A stretch of 63,723 bases of DNA, the filler included, from Bigelowiella natans CCMP2755 (taxonomy: Eukaryota > Protista > Cercozoa), in assembly GCA_000320545.1 (NCBI GenBank). It is 9 parts of 9 records of this genome, joined end to end, with 100 filler letters (N's around TTAATTAATTAA, not from the genome) between each part and the next. Parts side by side here need not be neighbours in the genome. Positions count along the whole stretch, not along the records: positions 31,849 to 40,720 come from ADNK01000764.1; positions 40,821 to 51,706 come from ADNK01002377.1; 7 more parts are not named here. One strand, written 5' to 3'. Position numbers and translations under genes: made by a program. How positions within the stretch are numbered: position 1 is the stretch's first letter; each line of letters begins with the position of its first letter. This document shows positions 33,908-47,684 of the stretch, in pieces. The notes beneath the pieces are model-generated. The model made no database searches. It had not been told where the DNA came from and worked only from the letters and a program-made list of their open reading frames with translations.

Positions 33908-35101
33908 TTGTGTGTGTGTGTGTGTGTGTGTGTGTATTTATATATGAATCTTCAGCTATAGACAGGAAAAACTCTCTAATTATGATGATGACGAGTGGTG
34001 GTGATGATGATGATGATGATGATGGGTGATGGTAATAAGTGATGGTAACGGTGACGGCGGGTAAACGTATCTTTCATTTACTTCAGAACAAGAAAAAACC
34101 ATACAATCTGAGGTTTGCGCGGACGGCAAAGAAGAAATTGATAAGGTGGAATAGCAAAAAAGCAGCAAGGGGAGACATGAAAGCATAATCTGATTGTACC
34201 GCAACAGCTTGCAAAATATTTCACGCCCGTCGCTGTGCAATATGAGGGCATAGATACGTGCATTTTCTACACACACACACACACACACACACACCTACTC
34301 AGCATGAAAAGGCGGTTCGATGCTAAAATGAAGGCAGATCTGACCATGGTAACACCCCATACTACGTGCACCAGCAGCAGCAGCAGCAGCAGCAGTAGCA
34401 GCACACATTGCCTGCGTCGTTATTTTGAATGCTGTTTTTTAAGTTCCATTACCTCCTTCACCGACAGATAAATAAGGAAAAGATAAATGCATCTGCATCA
34501 TGATGATGATCATCATCACCAATCATCACCCTCATCGGCATCCTCTTCTTCTTCTTCTTCTCCGTCTTCTTCCTTTCCTCAGAAATCAACGAATGAGTCG
34601 CATCTGAAGCTTCGGGCCCATCAGCTTTCACAAATCTACAGCCTTTTCGAGTATTGAAATCTCTGCTGTTTATTCGTTGCTCTGCTACGTCCACAGCCTA
34701 TACCTCAACGCTTTGTAGAACACGTGCAAATACATTCGTGTCTCTTTTTTAATGTTTCTCCTCTTCTCTTCTTCTCTTCTTCTTCTTCTTCTTCTTCTTC
34801 TTCTTCTTCCACCCCTTCACCAGGGTGATGACTCACTTGGAAGAAAATCTAAGCAAATCCCCTGAGGGCAAATCGCCTGCTCCTGGTATTTTCACTATGA
34901 TGGTGTCTTTTATTTGTTTGGGAAGACAACCTGTTGGGAAGGGAATAACAAATCAACATGGGGATTAGAAATAACGAACCCTTCGTCATTGCGAGGGTGT
35001 GTCTTACGATTTCCATGCCGGTCCTTTGTCGGCAGAAACCATCACCATAGAGTGCTTTCAGTACTATCGAAGATTTAGTGCAGTATATTTTACTTAAAAG
35101 A

Positions 35102-35138
<37 letters not shown>

Positions 35139-36787
35139 TTATCACCCATGCACTTTGCCTAAGTATTAACTTTCGTTTTCTCCTTCTTACCCCCCCCCCC
35201 CTCCCCCCTCCCTCTCCCTCCTAATCTGCTACACTTCACAGGCATCGGGCTGGCACAAAAGATCGCGAGCATTGACAATACAGAGCTCCACAGACGCCCT
35301 GTGAAAAGTAAGACTAGCAATCGCTGATGCATGAATGCAACGAGCGAGCCACCACCAGCAGTATCTTTGAGCTAGTTGTCCTCACGAGAGAGGACAAACG
35401 AGGATGGATTCCGTTTCATACCACCATGACGAGTAGCGATGGGAGGAGGGGTTTGCGCATTACGTTCTATGGAACACGCTGGTGATTGCGGTTCGGCTGT
35501 TGCGACTAGTTTTTCGTGGTTTTTTTGGGATGGATCTGGATATGTTTTTAACGCTCCTCTTCGTTCGTTTCTGGACAGACATCTCACAAGACAGCTACCT
35601 TGCCGAGCATATTAAGTCTCTGGTAATGATGGTGGTGTTTGTTTTCGCTTACACAGATGATTTACGTGATCAATTATTCCTTCCTCCCCGTGACAGCATA
35701 CTACTTGCACTCCCACAATCGCACGCAGCATGATTATACAACTTTTCCACCACGACCACTGTTGTCATCATTATCACAATCATCATCATCATCAACAACA
35801 ACAACAACAATAAGAGTGGTGGTGATGATGATGATGAAATGACGGTTGTTGCTATGGTGCTATCTGCCCAACATATCAGAGTAAGCTCTGTATGACTGTG
35901 AAAAAAGTGCTGCAGAAAATTGGAGAGGAGATAAAGAAGGTGCAGGCATATCACGCTACATAAAACTCGATGGCTGACGGCACATTCACTGAGACCACAC
36001 ACGTTTTCTTTCTCTCCCTCCCTCCGCCATTCTTTCGTGTATGCTCACAGTCACACCCCACGCACACACTGCTGTGTTCTTGAACAATGTCTGCTAACGA
36101 TGAATTTGGGCTTATATTACATGATGGGAGAAGAGGAAGCAGAAGAAGATCGAGACGATATGCTCACGCACTTAGACACTCTATGTCGACTACTTTTCTC
36201 AGTCTGTTGTGCACGACTCGGAGAACCTCTATCCTGCGAACGAGAAGCCAGGGGGTCCCTCGTCCCGAACGGAGGAGAAGTGCAGGGCTGCGAGTGCACT
36301 ACTGAAGAAGATCAACCCAGCCATCTTCGACGTCGAGTCCATTGTAATCCCACTGTCGTTTTCCCCCACCATCATCCACACCATTTGCATGCTATGCGGT
36401 CACCGCGTCGATCCCTTTCGTGTCTGTATTACACCGCCACCACCACCACCACCACCACCACCACCACCACCACCACCACAGAATACCCCATCCACTAAAA
36501 GCTATAACAAACTAGTGTGCTGATGCTGCTGCTGTCTCGCACGCCAGTGCTGAATGATGTGTGTCGGTTTGGTTGCTGCCACTCACGTCGAAATCACCTT
36601 CAATATCTGGCCAGATCGAAGTGAAGCAAGCTTTGCAGCTCGCAAGACAGCTGCAAAGCCTCCAGGGCCGCGTTGCGAAGGCTCTATCTCAGACGACACA
36701 CTCAGACTCCAAGGACCTCCGTGCCTTGCTGGTAACATGGTTAAGATGTAGAAGTACGATGTGTGCATGTGTGCGTGTTGGTGAGCA

Positions 36788-36828
<41 letters not shown>

Positions 36829-38529
36829 TCTTGCCCTCCTCCTCACATTCACTTACAATGAACGAACAGAGCGAAAGTGAGGCCTTGGAAGTTCCACTGG
36901 CAGGCCCTACTAAGCAGAAACTTCTCGAAACGCTTGCGACGGTAGTATTAGCTGTGGTGGTAGTAGTAGTAGTTGTTGTTGTTGTAGTATTGATCACTGG
37001 GTGAGTAAGAAAACACCAATGATATTGACGATGATGTAACGATGGTGGGCTTCTCTCTTTCTCTCCTTCTCTCCTTCTCTCACTCTTTCTCTTTCTTTCT
37101 CTTTCTCCTACTTATCATCGTCCTCCGGACAGATCGACAATAAGAGCGTGGTTTCGAGTATAAAAGAGATGCTGTCCAACGTCGGAGCGCAGTTTCATGT
37201 TCTCTGCGAGGTGGCACAGTTGCTGCATTGCATGCATACAATAGGCATGCGTACATGGATGAGGTTTCATCTCCCAGATCGATTCACCGCGGATGAATGC
37301 TCTTATTTCTTGCCTGCCTTGTCGCGATGAAAATGCTGATGTGCTGGAATATAGATGATAAACGATGGTGTTGAGGCACCACAGCCAGCCGTGATCTGCT
37401 TGCTGTGAATTCTCCTCTCTCCACGATTTCGGGCCTCATTGTTTTGGGTTGTGCTGTTCTGGCCATGTGGTCGTGGTGGCGTTTTCATCATCAGAGCGGA
37501 GGATCACTGGAAGAACTGAGTTCCCTCACATATACTGGCATCAAGCAAGCCAAGTCGCAGGTGCTGCTGCTGCTACTTGCTCGTGGTGTTGGTGGTGGTG
37601 ATAATTGCTCCGTGCATGTTGTAGTGTCCAGCTCACATCTGGATATTTGTATGCGTGTTGCTTCCAGATCTCATCTCTAGGACTGACGCTTTCGGGTGCA
37701 AATGCCCAGTTCCTTCACCTAGCGGTATGCTAATGAGTGGCGAGGACGGCGTTGTTACCACAAATCATTATCATCATCATCATTGTCATCATCATCATTT
37801 CGATGAATTTCTCTTATTCGCACCCTGTTGCTGTGACGATCGGATATATAAGAACCAAATAATACAACAACAACAACAACTACAAGAACAATGTTCTGAT
37901 CAGGAAAATACACGAAATGCAATATCGAAGCTGCAAATCAACCGCAATCGTCTCCGGAAAGGCGTCCAGCAGGCAAAGCGTGCTGGCGGCGGATCAAGGT
38001 TGTCCTGTGGTTAAAAAGGGGGGGGGGGGGGGGGGATGGTATTTTTAGTAGCATATTTTTTTGAATCACTTGACAGCATATTATATTCCCATGCCTAAAC
38101 TTTGCTCTTGTCATCTTTTCTTTACCCCCCCACCCACCCCCTTTTTCGCACATTAATATTAGCGCTGCTTCTGAGGATTTCGGGCGGTTTGTTGAGGCGT
38201 CAAATGTCGTAAGGGGGTGACCCTTATTCCGGAGACATATGACGGTGAAAATGATGAGGAGGGTGATGATTATTATGATGATGATGAAAAAAAAGAAGAA
38301 GACCTAGATGCACGCTCATGTATGATGCTTCAACTGTTCCCCCAGAAAGCAATATTAGACTCCAAATCCTCTTTAAATTTTAACATCCCCCCCCCCCCTC
38401 CCCATTTCGTATATTTGCTGCGTGTAGAGGCGAGATGGAGGACATCGCGAAAGGGATAAAGGCCTTCGACGATTCCGGAGGGGAAGGCATCATGGAATGG
38501 TTGGCCATCCACTTCGATCCTCTGGTACA

Positions 38530-38574
<45 letters not shown>

Positions 38575-38633
38575 GTGTGTGTGTGTGTGTGTATTTTTAT
38601 CTTCCTCTTGGAATATGTCTGATGACGCAGGCA

Positions 38634-38665
<32 letters not shown>

Positions 38666-39054
38666 AATGATGAGGATGAGGATTATCATGATGATGAATG
38701 CGATGCTGAATGTGATGATGAATATGATGCAGCAGTACTGACCTCCTCCCTCCTCCCCTCCCCGTGTTTGGTACCTCCTCTCTTACATTAGATCAAAGAC
38801 GGGAGACAAACACTTTCCGCGAAGCCAAGAATTACGTCTTCGTTAGGTTCAATTGCGTCATCAGCTACAGGAACGAAGGACCTAGAGCGAGATTCAAATC
38901 TATCGAAAAACAGTACGTATTAGTTGCAGTATTAGTAGTATTATCAGCAGTAGCAGTAGCACTAAAAGAAATGCAATCAATCGGAGGGCTACTTCTCTTT
39001 TCATTTTGTTCCCTGGAGTCGCCTCTACAGCATCGCAAACATGCACATTAATAT

Positions 39055-39093
<39 letters not shown>

Positions 39094-39367
39094 CAGTCTT
39101 TCTGTCGTTCTCTCTCACCCATATCCGAGATCATGATATCCCCCATCATCGTCAGTATCATCATCATCATCATCATCTTCTTCTTCTTCTTCTTCTACCT
39201 CTTCCTCTGCCTCTTCACACCATTTGTCACCTCTTCGAGCATGCTTAAACGCAAACGTGGTGTTGCTCAGGTATCATGCAACGATTCAGCAGACGCAAAG
39301 GGAATTAGAGCAGTAGTAAGTCTTCTGTAGTAGCAAGAAGGAAACATGATGATGAGGAACATGCCAC

Positions 39368-39409
<42 letters not shown>

Positions 39410-40482
39410 CTCTCTATCTTTTCTGTGTGTTTGCGTGTGCGCGTGCGTGTGCGCGTGCGTGTTCGCGCAGTCACGATTGCTACGAGAATGGGGACTCAGA
39501 CCCGCGATTGCTGCTTCAGACCCTTCTCATGCGGCAGGTTGTTCATTCCTATGCTAACCTGCTTGTTGCCATGCAAACACTGCGGCAAACTCAACCCACC
39601 ACTGTGCGATGAAATGATTGATTACCCGAGAGAGGGCGGGGGAGGGGTCACGACTTACAATGCTTTCAGTTCTAAATGCTGCCGTGTTCGCCTTTACCGC
39701 TGTCACCCTAATCCAGCATCATCGTCGATGTCGTCGTCGTCGTCGTCGTCGTTTGTTCCTACAATCCATCAGATCTTGAGCATTACCGACCCCTCTCATC
39801 TCGTCCGCATTGCTGTCTCGGCATTCTCGCCCATGGCAATTCCAAGATCGCAGCAAATCTCTATGGTGACGCCGATGATAGAAGATGATTTTCGTGTCTC
39901 TCTCCTGGAGGACCTGCTGTTTTGTTGCCGCTGTTGTGTTGTTTCTGCCTGTGTGATGATGTTTGTTGTCGTGCTTATGGGGCTCAAAAGCTTGTGCTGT
40001 TCTTTTTGTGTTGCTTCTTTGTTTTCTGTCCTCTGCCCGTTGGTTCCCCGTCTCCCCCCACTAGCTCGAATCATTGCTGAAAGTCAACGCGGTAATAGAT
40101 TTGTCTAACCCCTTTTTGAGCACTTGTTGTCAGCATCATCAGCACCATCATCATTCTTCGCCAACCACCATCGTCAATCATCATGATCAACCACCACCGT
40201 CATCATCATGGCTATGAAAACAGATTACGGAGAGCGCCACAGCGAATCTCCCGTTGGCAGAAACCAATATCGCTCTGATCAAGAGGTATGCGAGCAAGCC
40301 CCCCCCCCCTCTCTCTCTCTTCCTGAATTCGCTCCTTCTCTTTCTGCATCACCTCCTCCTCCTCCTCCTCCTCCTCCTCCTCCTCCTCCAATTCTGCACA
40401 GCTCTCTGCCCTCACCGTCTATTTGATGTTTAGGTTGCACTGTAATTTAATGATAAAGGAGAATGATCAGCTGAAGACAGAG
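32229..40482 (+). CDS. Large hypothetical alpha-helical protein, multi-exon, partial
   Basis: Many GT-AG exons, e.g. DLVKDSKLIVKHACTPFNG..., IEVKQALQLARQLQSLQGRVAKAL...DLRALL|SESEALEVPL, WEDIAKGIKAFDDSGGEGIMEWLAIHFDPL and ILSITDPSHLVRIAVSAF. No firm family assignment. Confidence 0.55.
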
Positions 40483-40820
40483 GTGAGGCTTTGTTAGTAA
40501 TGATAGTGAGGGCGATGCCTTACTGATGGTGGGTAGATGACGACGACGACAACGATCGTGCCTCTCAGCACAACTTCACCCTCACCGGATGTATGTGATT
40601 ACTGTTATTTTTCTTCCTCTACTCCCCCCTCCGAATGTTATTATAGACTACCCGGGAAGGGGGGGGGGAGTTTCAGGAAGCCCTTTTTTCTTTCCAACCC
40701 CAAAACCCCCCGGAACCCTTNNNNNNNNNNNNNNNNNNNNNNNNNNNNNNNNNNNNNNNNNNNNTTAATTAATTAANNNNNNNNNNNNNNNNNNNNNNNN
40801 NNNNNNNNNNNNNNNNNNNN

Positions 40821-40851
<31 letters not shown>

Positions 40852-41527
40852 TTGTGTGTGGTACGAGCGCATGCATGTTCACCATCTCTTCGGACGATGC
40901 TACGCTCATCAGCATTACTCATCATGATCCATCTTCTCTCCTCCTCCTCCTCCTCCTCCTCCTCCTCCTCCTCTTCCTCCTTCGCCCCCTTCCTCCTCTT
41001 TCTCCCCATCGCAATTTATCCCTTTCTCCTGGCCAAAGGGTGCATACAAGAAGCGTTTCCCCCGTAATAGCACTACTGTTACTACTACTATTACTACTAC
41101 TGCTGCTACTATTACTACAACTACTTCTACTACGAATGCTATGCTGTACTGATTAACTGATCGACTTAACAACCGAACATACACATGCACGCGCATTTTG
41201 GCTATTGCTGCAATATTTTACAAAAGCCCTGTGAAAAGCTGCCAAAGGGCACTACCACCAGCAACAACTATCGATATTCTCTATCTCCCTCCCCCCCCCC
41301 CCCCCCATCCCCTCTTTTTCCCCCGCCTGTTGTCCTGCAGGAAAAAAACTCTCCCAATGTATTACATTTGTGATAGTGTACCTAATGGTCTTTCCTTTAC
41401 GCCGCCCTTACCACCCTCATGACCATGCGCATGGATGCGACGACGACACATGTTGTCGCTGATTTGTATCCCATCGTTTTGCTGTTGTTGTTGTTGTTGT
41501 TGTCTGCTGCTGCTGCTGCTGCTGCAG

Positions 41528-41625
41528 GGTCTCCAATTGTACCGAAAGCAGCAGCTAAGGCACGCTCGGAGCGGAACTGGCGATTTGGGTGATAATTATA
41601 ACAATCGATGCGGCGCACGTGTTTA

Positions 41626-41664
<39 letters not shown>

Positions 41665-42168
41665 AATCAACACAACTTACTAGGTACAAGAAACACTTCA
41701 AGGCAATGGTGGAAGCATCTATTGCAAGCCCTGAGGTGATGTCCATGCACTCACACAAATACAAACGCACTAACACAAGTTAACATATATTTACAAATAG
41801 GCTGTTCTTATCGCCATGCTGCACCTTCTTGCCTAATTTATCACCATCTTCGTCATCATCATCGTTTCCGTGTCAATCCCCCCCTCCCTCCAGGCTGCTT
41901 TGGCCGTATCAGAAGCAGGAGCTGATTTCCTCCACTCAACGTTCGAGTTCCGTCGTCCCGGTAACGATGAGAAGAAAAGCTTTGAAGAAAAGACGATCGT
42001 CAGCTTTAAGGATGAGATGAAGCGTAAGGACACATGCTTTGTCGGCACTATGCGTGTCGAGGGCGAGGGCAAAGCAGCGGAGGAGTTCATGGTGAGGGGA
42101 AATAAAGGAGAGGGGGGGGGGGGGGGTATTAGATACGACGATGACGACAACGATATTGATGATAAGGA

Positions 42169-42202
<34 letters not shown>

Positions 42203-43050
42203 GGTGATGTTAAATGGATCTTATGTTGGGTGCGTTCTTCTGGACATCCGAAGCACGCACATGCACACGCACATGCACACGGGTCATCGAGTAAATGCGA
42301 AAAAAGAAACTTGAGCTCTCCAACAACCAAAAGAAATCCTAATTTTTACCCGAAGCTATTATCATCATCATCATCATCAACCATCCATCTAATATATCTT
42401 CGTCTTCGTCTTCTTGTTCTTCATGAATGAAACAACTGCCGGTTAGGTGCCTTACAAATCTCGAGGTGTTGAGAACCCTCTGAAGGGCGATGAAGTCAAG
42501 AAACTTGCTGACAGATGGGCGAAGTACGGTACAATCGAGCCTGATGCAGCAGCTTCACTGAAGGTAAGGTGGTGGTGGTGATGCCGATGTTAGCGAAGAT
42601 AACGTGGGAAAAGGAGGACAAGAAGGGGGAGGAGGAGGAGGAGGAGGAGGAGGAGGAATCCGTGTTTGTTGTTATCTCTTTTGGCTTCAAAGCAACCTAC
42701 TCGATAAGATTTGATAAGATTTGAAGTGAAATGAGAGGCAGTTGTTATTCGCATCATGGCGTGCATGGCGTCATCTTTATTAAGACACCGGCGTGTCTAT
42801 GTGTTACTTTCATCATCATTATATCATTATCATCATCATTATTATCATCATTAACATCATCATTGTCACCCCCTCAACTAGGCTGTTGTTGATCATCCTG
42901 AATGGTTGGGCAAGGGCCTCAAAGATCACTACTTCGTGCTCATCGGGGCAGGTTTTTCAGATTGAAAATGATGATGAAACACTGCCGTTACCATTCGTCT
43001 CGATTAGTGTTTTTCGTCATCGGCGTTTTGATGTCTGGCTTCGTGGTCAT

Positions 43051-43088
<38 letters not shown>

Positions 43089-43276
43089 CATCTAGGATCT
43101 GCTATGGGGCCATTCTTGAAACTGATGGAGCTGGTAGTTAAATAATATGACAAAGTGGAAATATCACGATATGTAGTAATATCAAGCGTGCATATCATAC
43201 CTGGTCCATCTCCTGCTGTCCCCCTTCGCTCTCCCTCTTACCCCCCCCCCCTCCCTCTCTCACTCATGTATACTAC

Positions 43277-43310
<34 letters not shown>

Positions 43311-43398
43311 TGTGTGCTGTTCAGGGCGCAAACGTGATTGCACTAGACATTCCTGGTGCATGGGAGAAGAAAGGTGCTGGCTGCTGTGTTTATCACTA

Positions 43399-43431
<33 letters not shown>

Positions 43432-43673
43432 ATGCTACTTCTATCAAAGCCTTTCCCTGCCACCTAAATTGTAGCAATCTCTCTTCCCCCCCTCCCCCTC
43501 CCCCCTCTCTCCTCCCTTTCATCATTCTGATCACGGGGTCCTCCCTATCCTCCCCAGGACGGCCCTCTGTTTGGCGTCGGTTGATGGAGGTGGCCAGGAA
43601 ATCTGCAGGCAAGATCATCTTCCCTCTCAACAAGAAAGCAAAGGACTGCAAGAATGACGACGACATCGTACGA

Positions 43674-43714
<41 letters not shown>

Positions 43715-45557
43715 GTAAGCTTTATAGTAGTAACACGTAACGCGTAACGATCGGAGAGGCTCTTCATCATTGCATTCATTCGTATCGTTTGAGGTTGCAG
43801 TCATTCTCCCATTCTTTGTGTGCACTAGCTTCCCCCCTTCCTTCAACCCACTACTACTACTGATTATTATGCATACGTGCACCAGGTCAAAGCCGCTGGT
43901 GCCAACCTCATGACACAACCCGCAGATCTGAAGAACTGGTCCGTGTGTTTGTGCGTGTGTGCGTGTCTGTGAGGGGGGGGGGGGGGGGATGACCGAATTA
44001 TTCACTGATAATCTTTCACTACTTTCTCCTCCTTCTCTTCGCCTTTGTTGTCTCCCCTCTCCCTCCCCTCTCCTTTTTTAAAAAGGCTGTTGAATCTCCC
44101 TGAAATCAAGAATAAGAAGAACCACGTCGTCATCGGCAACTACACCTATCTTGACGGAGCTCTCCACGTGAAGTTATCGGTGCTGCAGTGAATCATCATC
44201 ATCATATTCATACAATCACAACTTGAATGATAATAGTAATAGCAATAGATACGCGACGCGAAGCTATCTGGCTTGTAGCTTAGCGTCATCATGCACAATC
44301 GCTATCATATATAAATTGGTGATGATTGCTACACAGCAACCAACGACACGACAGTGAGTAGTGTACGCGTATCTTTTCATCAGAGCTTTTCCATAATATT
44401 ATGTGTAAAATGCATTTATTGCAAAAGATACTCAATACTTGTATTTTTATATTTGTGCGTGTGAGTGTGTGTGTGTTGGTATAAATCCCATCATATCATC
44501 AAGCATCATCATCATCATCATCATCATTGGTAAATGCTGCTGCTGCTGCACATTAAACAGGTGTGTGCGGATGCGATCATGAAGGCTGTCTATGAAAGCC
44601 GTCCGAAGAACAAAACGACTCTTTGCTTCCTCTGCACTCCAACCGATATGCACGTATGATGCGAAGCGAATATGAAGAAGAAGAAGATGATGATGATGAT
44701 GATGATGGTGTAGGTAGTGGTTGTGCATAATCTGCGTATGTTTATGTAATATATATACATGAAATCAAAGCAGCAGCAGCATCTTCACTAGTCACCTTTA
44801 TGCATTGTGTTGTTTGGAAATTATGATCATCATTTACATCACCATCATCATCATCATCATCATCATCATCACCACCACCATCCGTAACTTTGACAGGTCA
44901 TTACCAAAGAGGCCTCAGAAGCAGCTGAATCTAATCTTAACGCCTTCCTCTTCTGAGGTGTTTGAGCAGGAAACCACGAATGCGGTCATGACAGCTGGTA
45001 ATGCTGCTGAATACGACAAAGAGGGGGGGGGCGGCTGATGGGGAGGAGGATCATACACACCATCATCTTTTCTGTGTAACAATGATGTGGGTCATTGTGC
45101 CATTGTGTCATCATCAGCACCATCGTTGCCTTCGCATTCATCCTCATGACGAAATAGCTGATAATCGTTGTCATCCTCCTCGTTGTTGTGGTCGTCGTTA
45201 TCAGCTCTGCTCTTTGACATCTTCTCTCCCGACTCGGCTGCAAAACCAGCCAACCGGGGCAAGAAGAGCATCAACAACACTCTCGAGCTGTTCAAGTACG
45301 TTTCCACGCACCTTCCTTCCTCTAAAAACATGATGGCGATCGATGGTGATAATGACGGTGATGATGATGATCATGATGATTTATGATCAAAAAGGTACAA
45401 TTCCTTCCACGGCGGAGTATGGCGCTGCGGCTATTCCATGGACACGCTCGGGGTGCCGTCTGTGCTCATTTACTTCCTGGGGGGGCCAAACCTATTCGTA
45501 CCTCTCGTTGTCGCGCTCAGCGGTGCGCTCTCCGCGGCAATCTACAACGCTCTGTGA
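41528..45557 (+). CDS. Conserved uncharacterised Rossmann-type (GAGSAMGP) protein; apparently missing an internal segment
   Basis: Exons: ERNWRFG|YKKHFKAMVE, VPYK...WAKYGTIEPDAA, HYFVLIGAG|SAMGPFLKLMELG|ANVIALD, WRRLMEVARKSAGKIIFPL, GANLMTQP, GNYTYLDGALHVKLS, FLCTPTD, VFEQETTNAVMTA, LFK|YNSFHGGVWRCGYSMDTLG...NAL*. Start not resolved. Confidence 0.8.
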
Positions 45558-45599
45558 GTGTGGAACCATTGATTGAGGGAACACAGTTGTTTGCTGACG

Positions 45600-45823
45600 C
45601 TGTTGCTGATCGAGGAGGGTTGTCATCGTCCGCCGCAGTCCGCGCCTAGACATGTGCGTATCAACTTCAGCATGAGTAATATGAGAGCTGTAGGACCAGA
45701 TATCATCCGACCGATGCTGCATGGAGCGGAATCACACATGCATAAGATAATATACTACTCAAAACTAGAGAAAGCATGCAAATATACACATGTATATACA
45801 AGCAACACACGGCTCTGTTTGTG

Positions 45824-45866
<43 letters not shown>

Positions 45867-46800
45867 CGAATACATATCTTACGATGTTATACTAATTGCT
45901 AGGTCGTCTTGCATAAATATCAATACGTTTTTCTTTAACAAAAGCCAATCGCCTAGTACACATAGCATTTAGTTGCTCCAAAACAGAATTGGCCCACATC
46001 TAGACATGGAGGTGTTGTACGTCCATATGTTACATGATGATGCTATGTACACACAATGATGCAAGTACAGTGTGTAGCAGTACGTAGTGGTAGAAATTAA
46101 AGCGCTAGTTATAGCATTCGAGTTTAAGGTATAACATAAGCTATCTAACTAGATTTAGTTATATATGAGACAGATTAGTAGTGTTATGACCACATGCATG
46201 TAGTATGACTAAATGACGGTGGAGCATGCGCAACCAGACATATCACACATCGCACAAACATCATGCATCGGCCCACGCACGCTTGCTTAGACGTTGGTGG
46301 GTGGCGCGGTGCGCGCGGTCAGTTGCGTGACGGTGTCGCCTGACGATGCGTGATGGAAATCGTATGGCACATCACGTGAAAACTGGCAGACTGGTTTGAC
46401 ACAATCGATTGATGCACTTGCACACCGCGATCGAACGACGTACTCCGCTAATGACGATGTAGCCACTCGCTTGTGCTGCATGCTAGCATGCCCAGCTGCT
46501 GCATCAAGCTAGCTAGCTAGCTAGTTGCTAGTCAGCATAGCTCGGATAGCAAGCTGGCGTACACGCACTTCAAGCAAGCTAGTCAAAGATGCCGACACAG
46601 GCTTCGCTCAACAACGGTCGGCAGTTGCACGAACTTATTGGTACTAGCACAGTGTCAGCTCGAAAACAAGTGTCCTCGGGCACAATACCATGATCCAAGT
46701 GAGCAAAGCTGCTTGCGTTTGAATGAATTACCACTCAACAGGTGCGGTTGAAAGGATCCTCAGTCACGCTGACATGCAGCATGTACAGGAATGAAATCGC
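45600..46800. other. Intergenic CTAG/CATG/TGCA-rich island 3
   Basis: (GCTA)4 at ~46508-46523 and a TA-poor core at ~46250-46560. Lies between convergent stops at 45557 (+) and 47370 (-). Confidence 0.6.
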
Positions 46801-47045
46801 AGCATACGTACATATAGAGAACACGATGTACGCATAAATCATTCTATGTAATAATGGAAAACTTACATATCATACGAATGAAGTGATTGGGAGCCATATA
46901 TGGGAACGCACGGATAAAAATGGCCAACTTCGTCGGCATCGTGAATGTATAGCTATCGCGTCGTTGCAGCGTTTTTAAGCCATGTAATCGACACATCGGA
47001 GGACGTGGAGGAGGAGGAACTCGTAATGAAAAGGTTTGGATATAA

Positions 47046-47092
<47 letters not shown>

Positions 47093-47369
47093 CATTTATT
47101 AAGAAGATGGTGATGATGGCACAAGCAAGCCGGTGTGTCTCTTTGCTCTAAGAGGAGGAGGACATGCAATCATCGATGGTTTTTTGATGGATGCGACTCC
47201 TCCCTCACTTGCTGCTTTACCTATATGATGGTTTGGTATGTATATATGCTGGTACGATAGTTCCTTTCTTCTCCTGTCTTTTTCGTCCTTCTTCTTCTTC
47301 TTCTTCGATGGCAGTTGCCACTGCTCTTAATCTCCCATCTCCTGTGAATCAGCAAAGGATGTATAAAAC

Positions 47370-47631
47370 TCAGGCCTTCTTCTTAGCGAAATCATCACTA
47401 GTGTACTACGGCTGCTGCTGATGTTCATCATGTTAAGAGCGAGACTGACCTCTTCCCTTGACTGCTTTGCCAGTGCCATCAGCTCCGACACAGAGACTTC
47501 CCCTGCCCAATTGCCATAACGAGAGGCCAGGGTCTTTGCCACCTTTTGGATGGGATGGGATGGGATGGGATGGGATGGGATAAATGATAACATCATACAA
47601 GAGAACGACAACAGGTTTGGTGGGATTGCAA

Positions 47632-47684
<53 letters not shown>

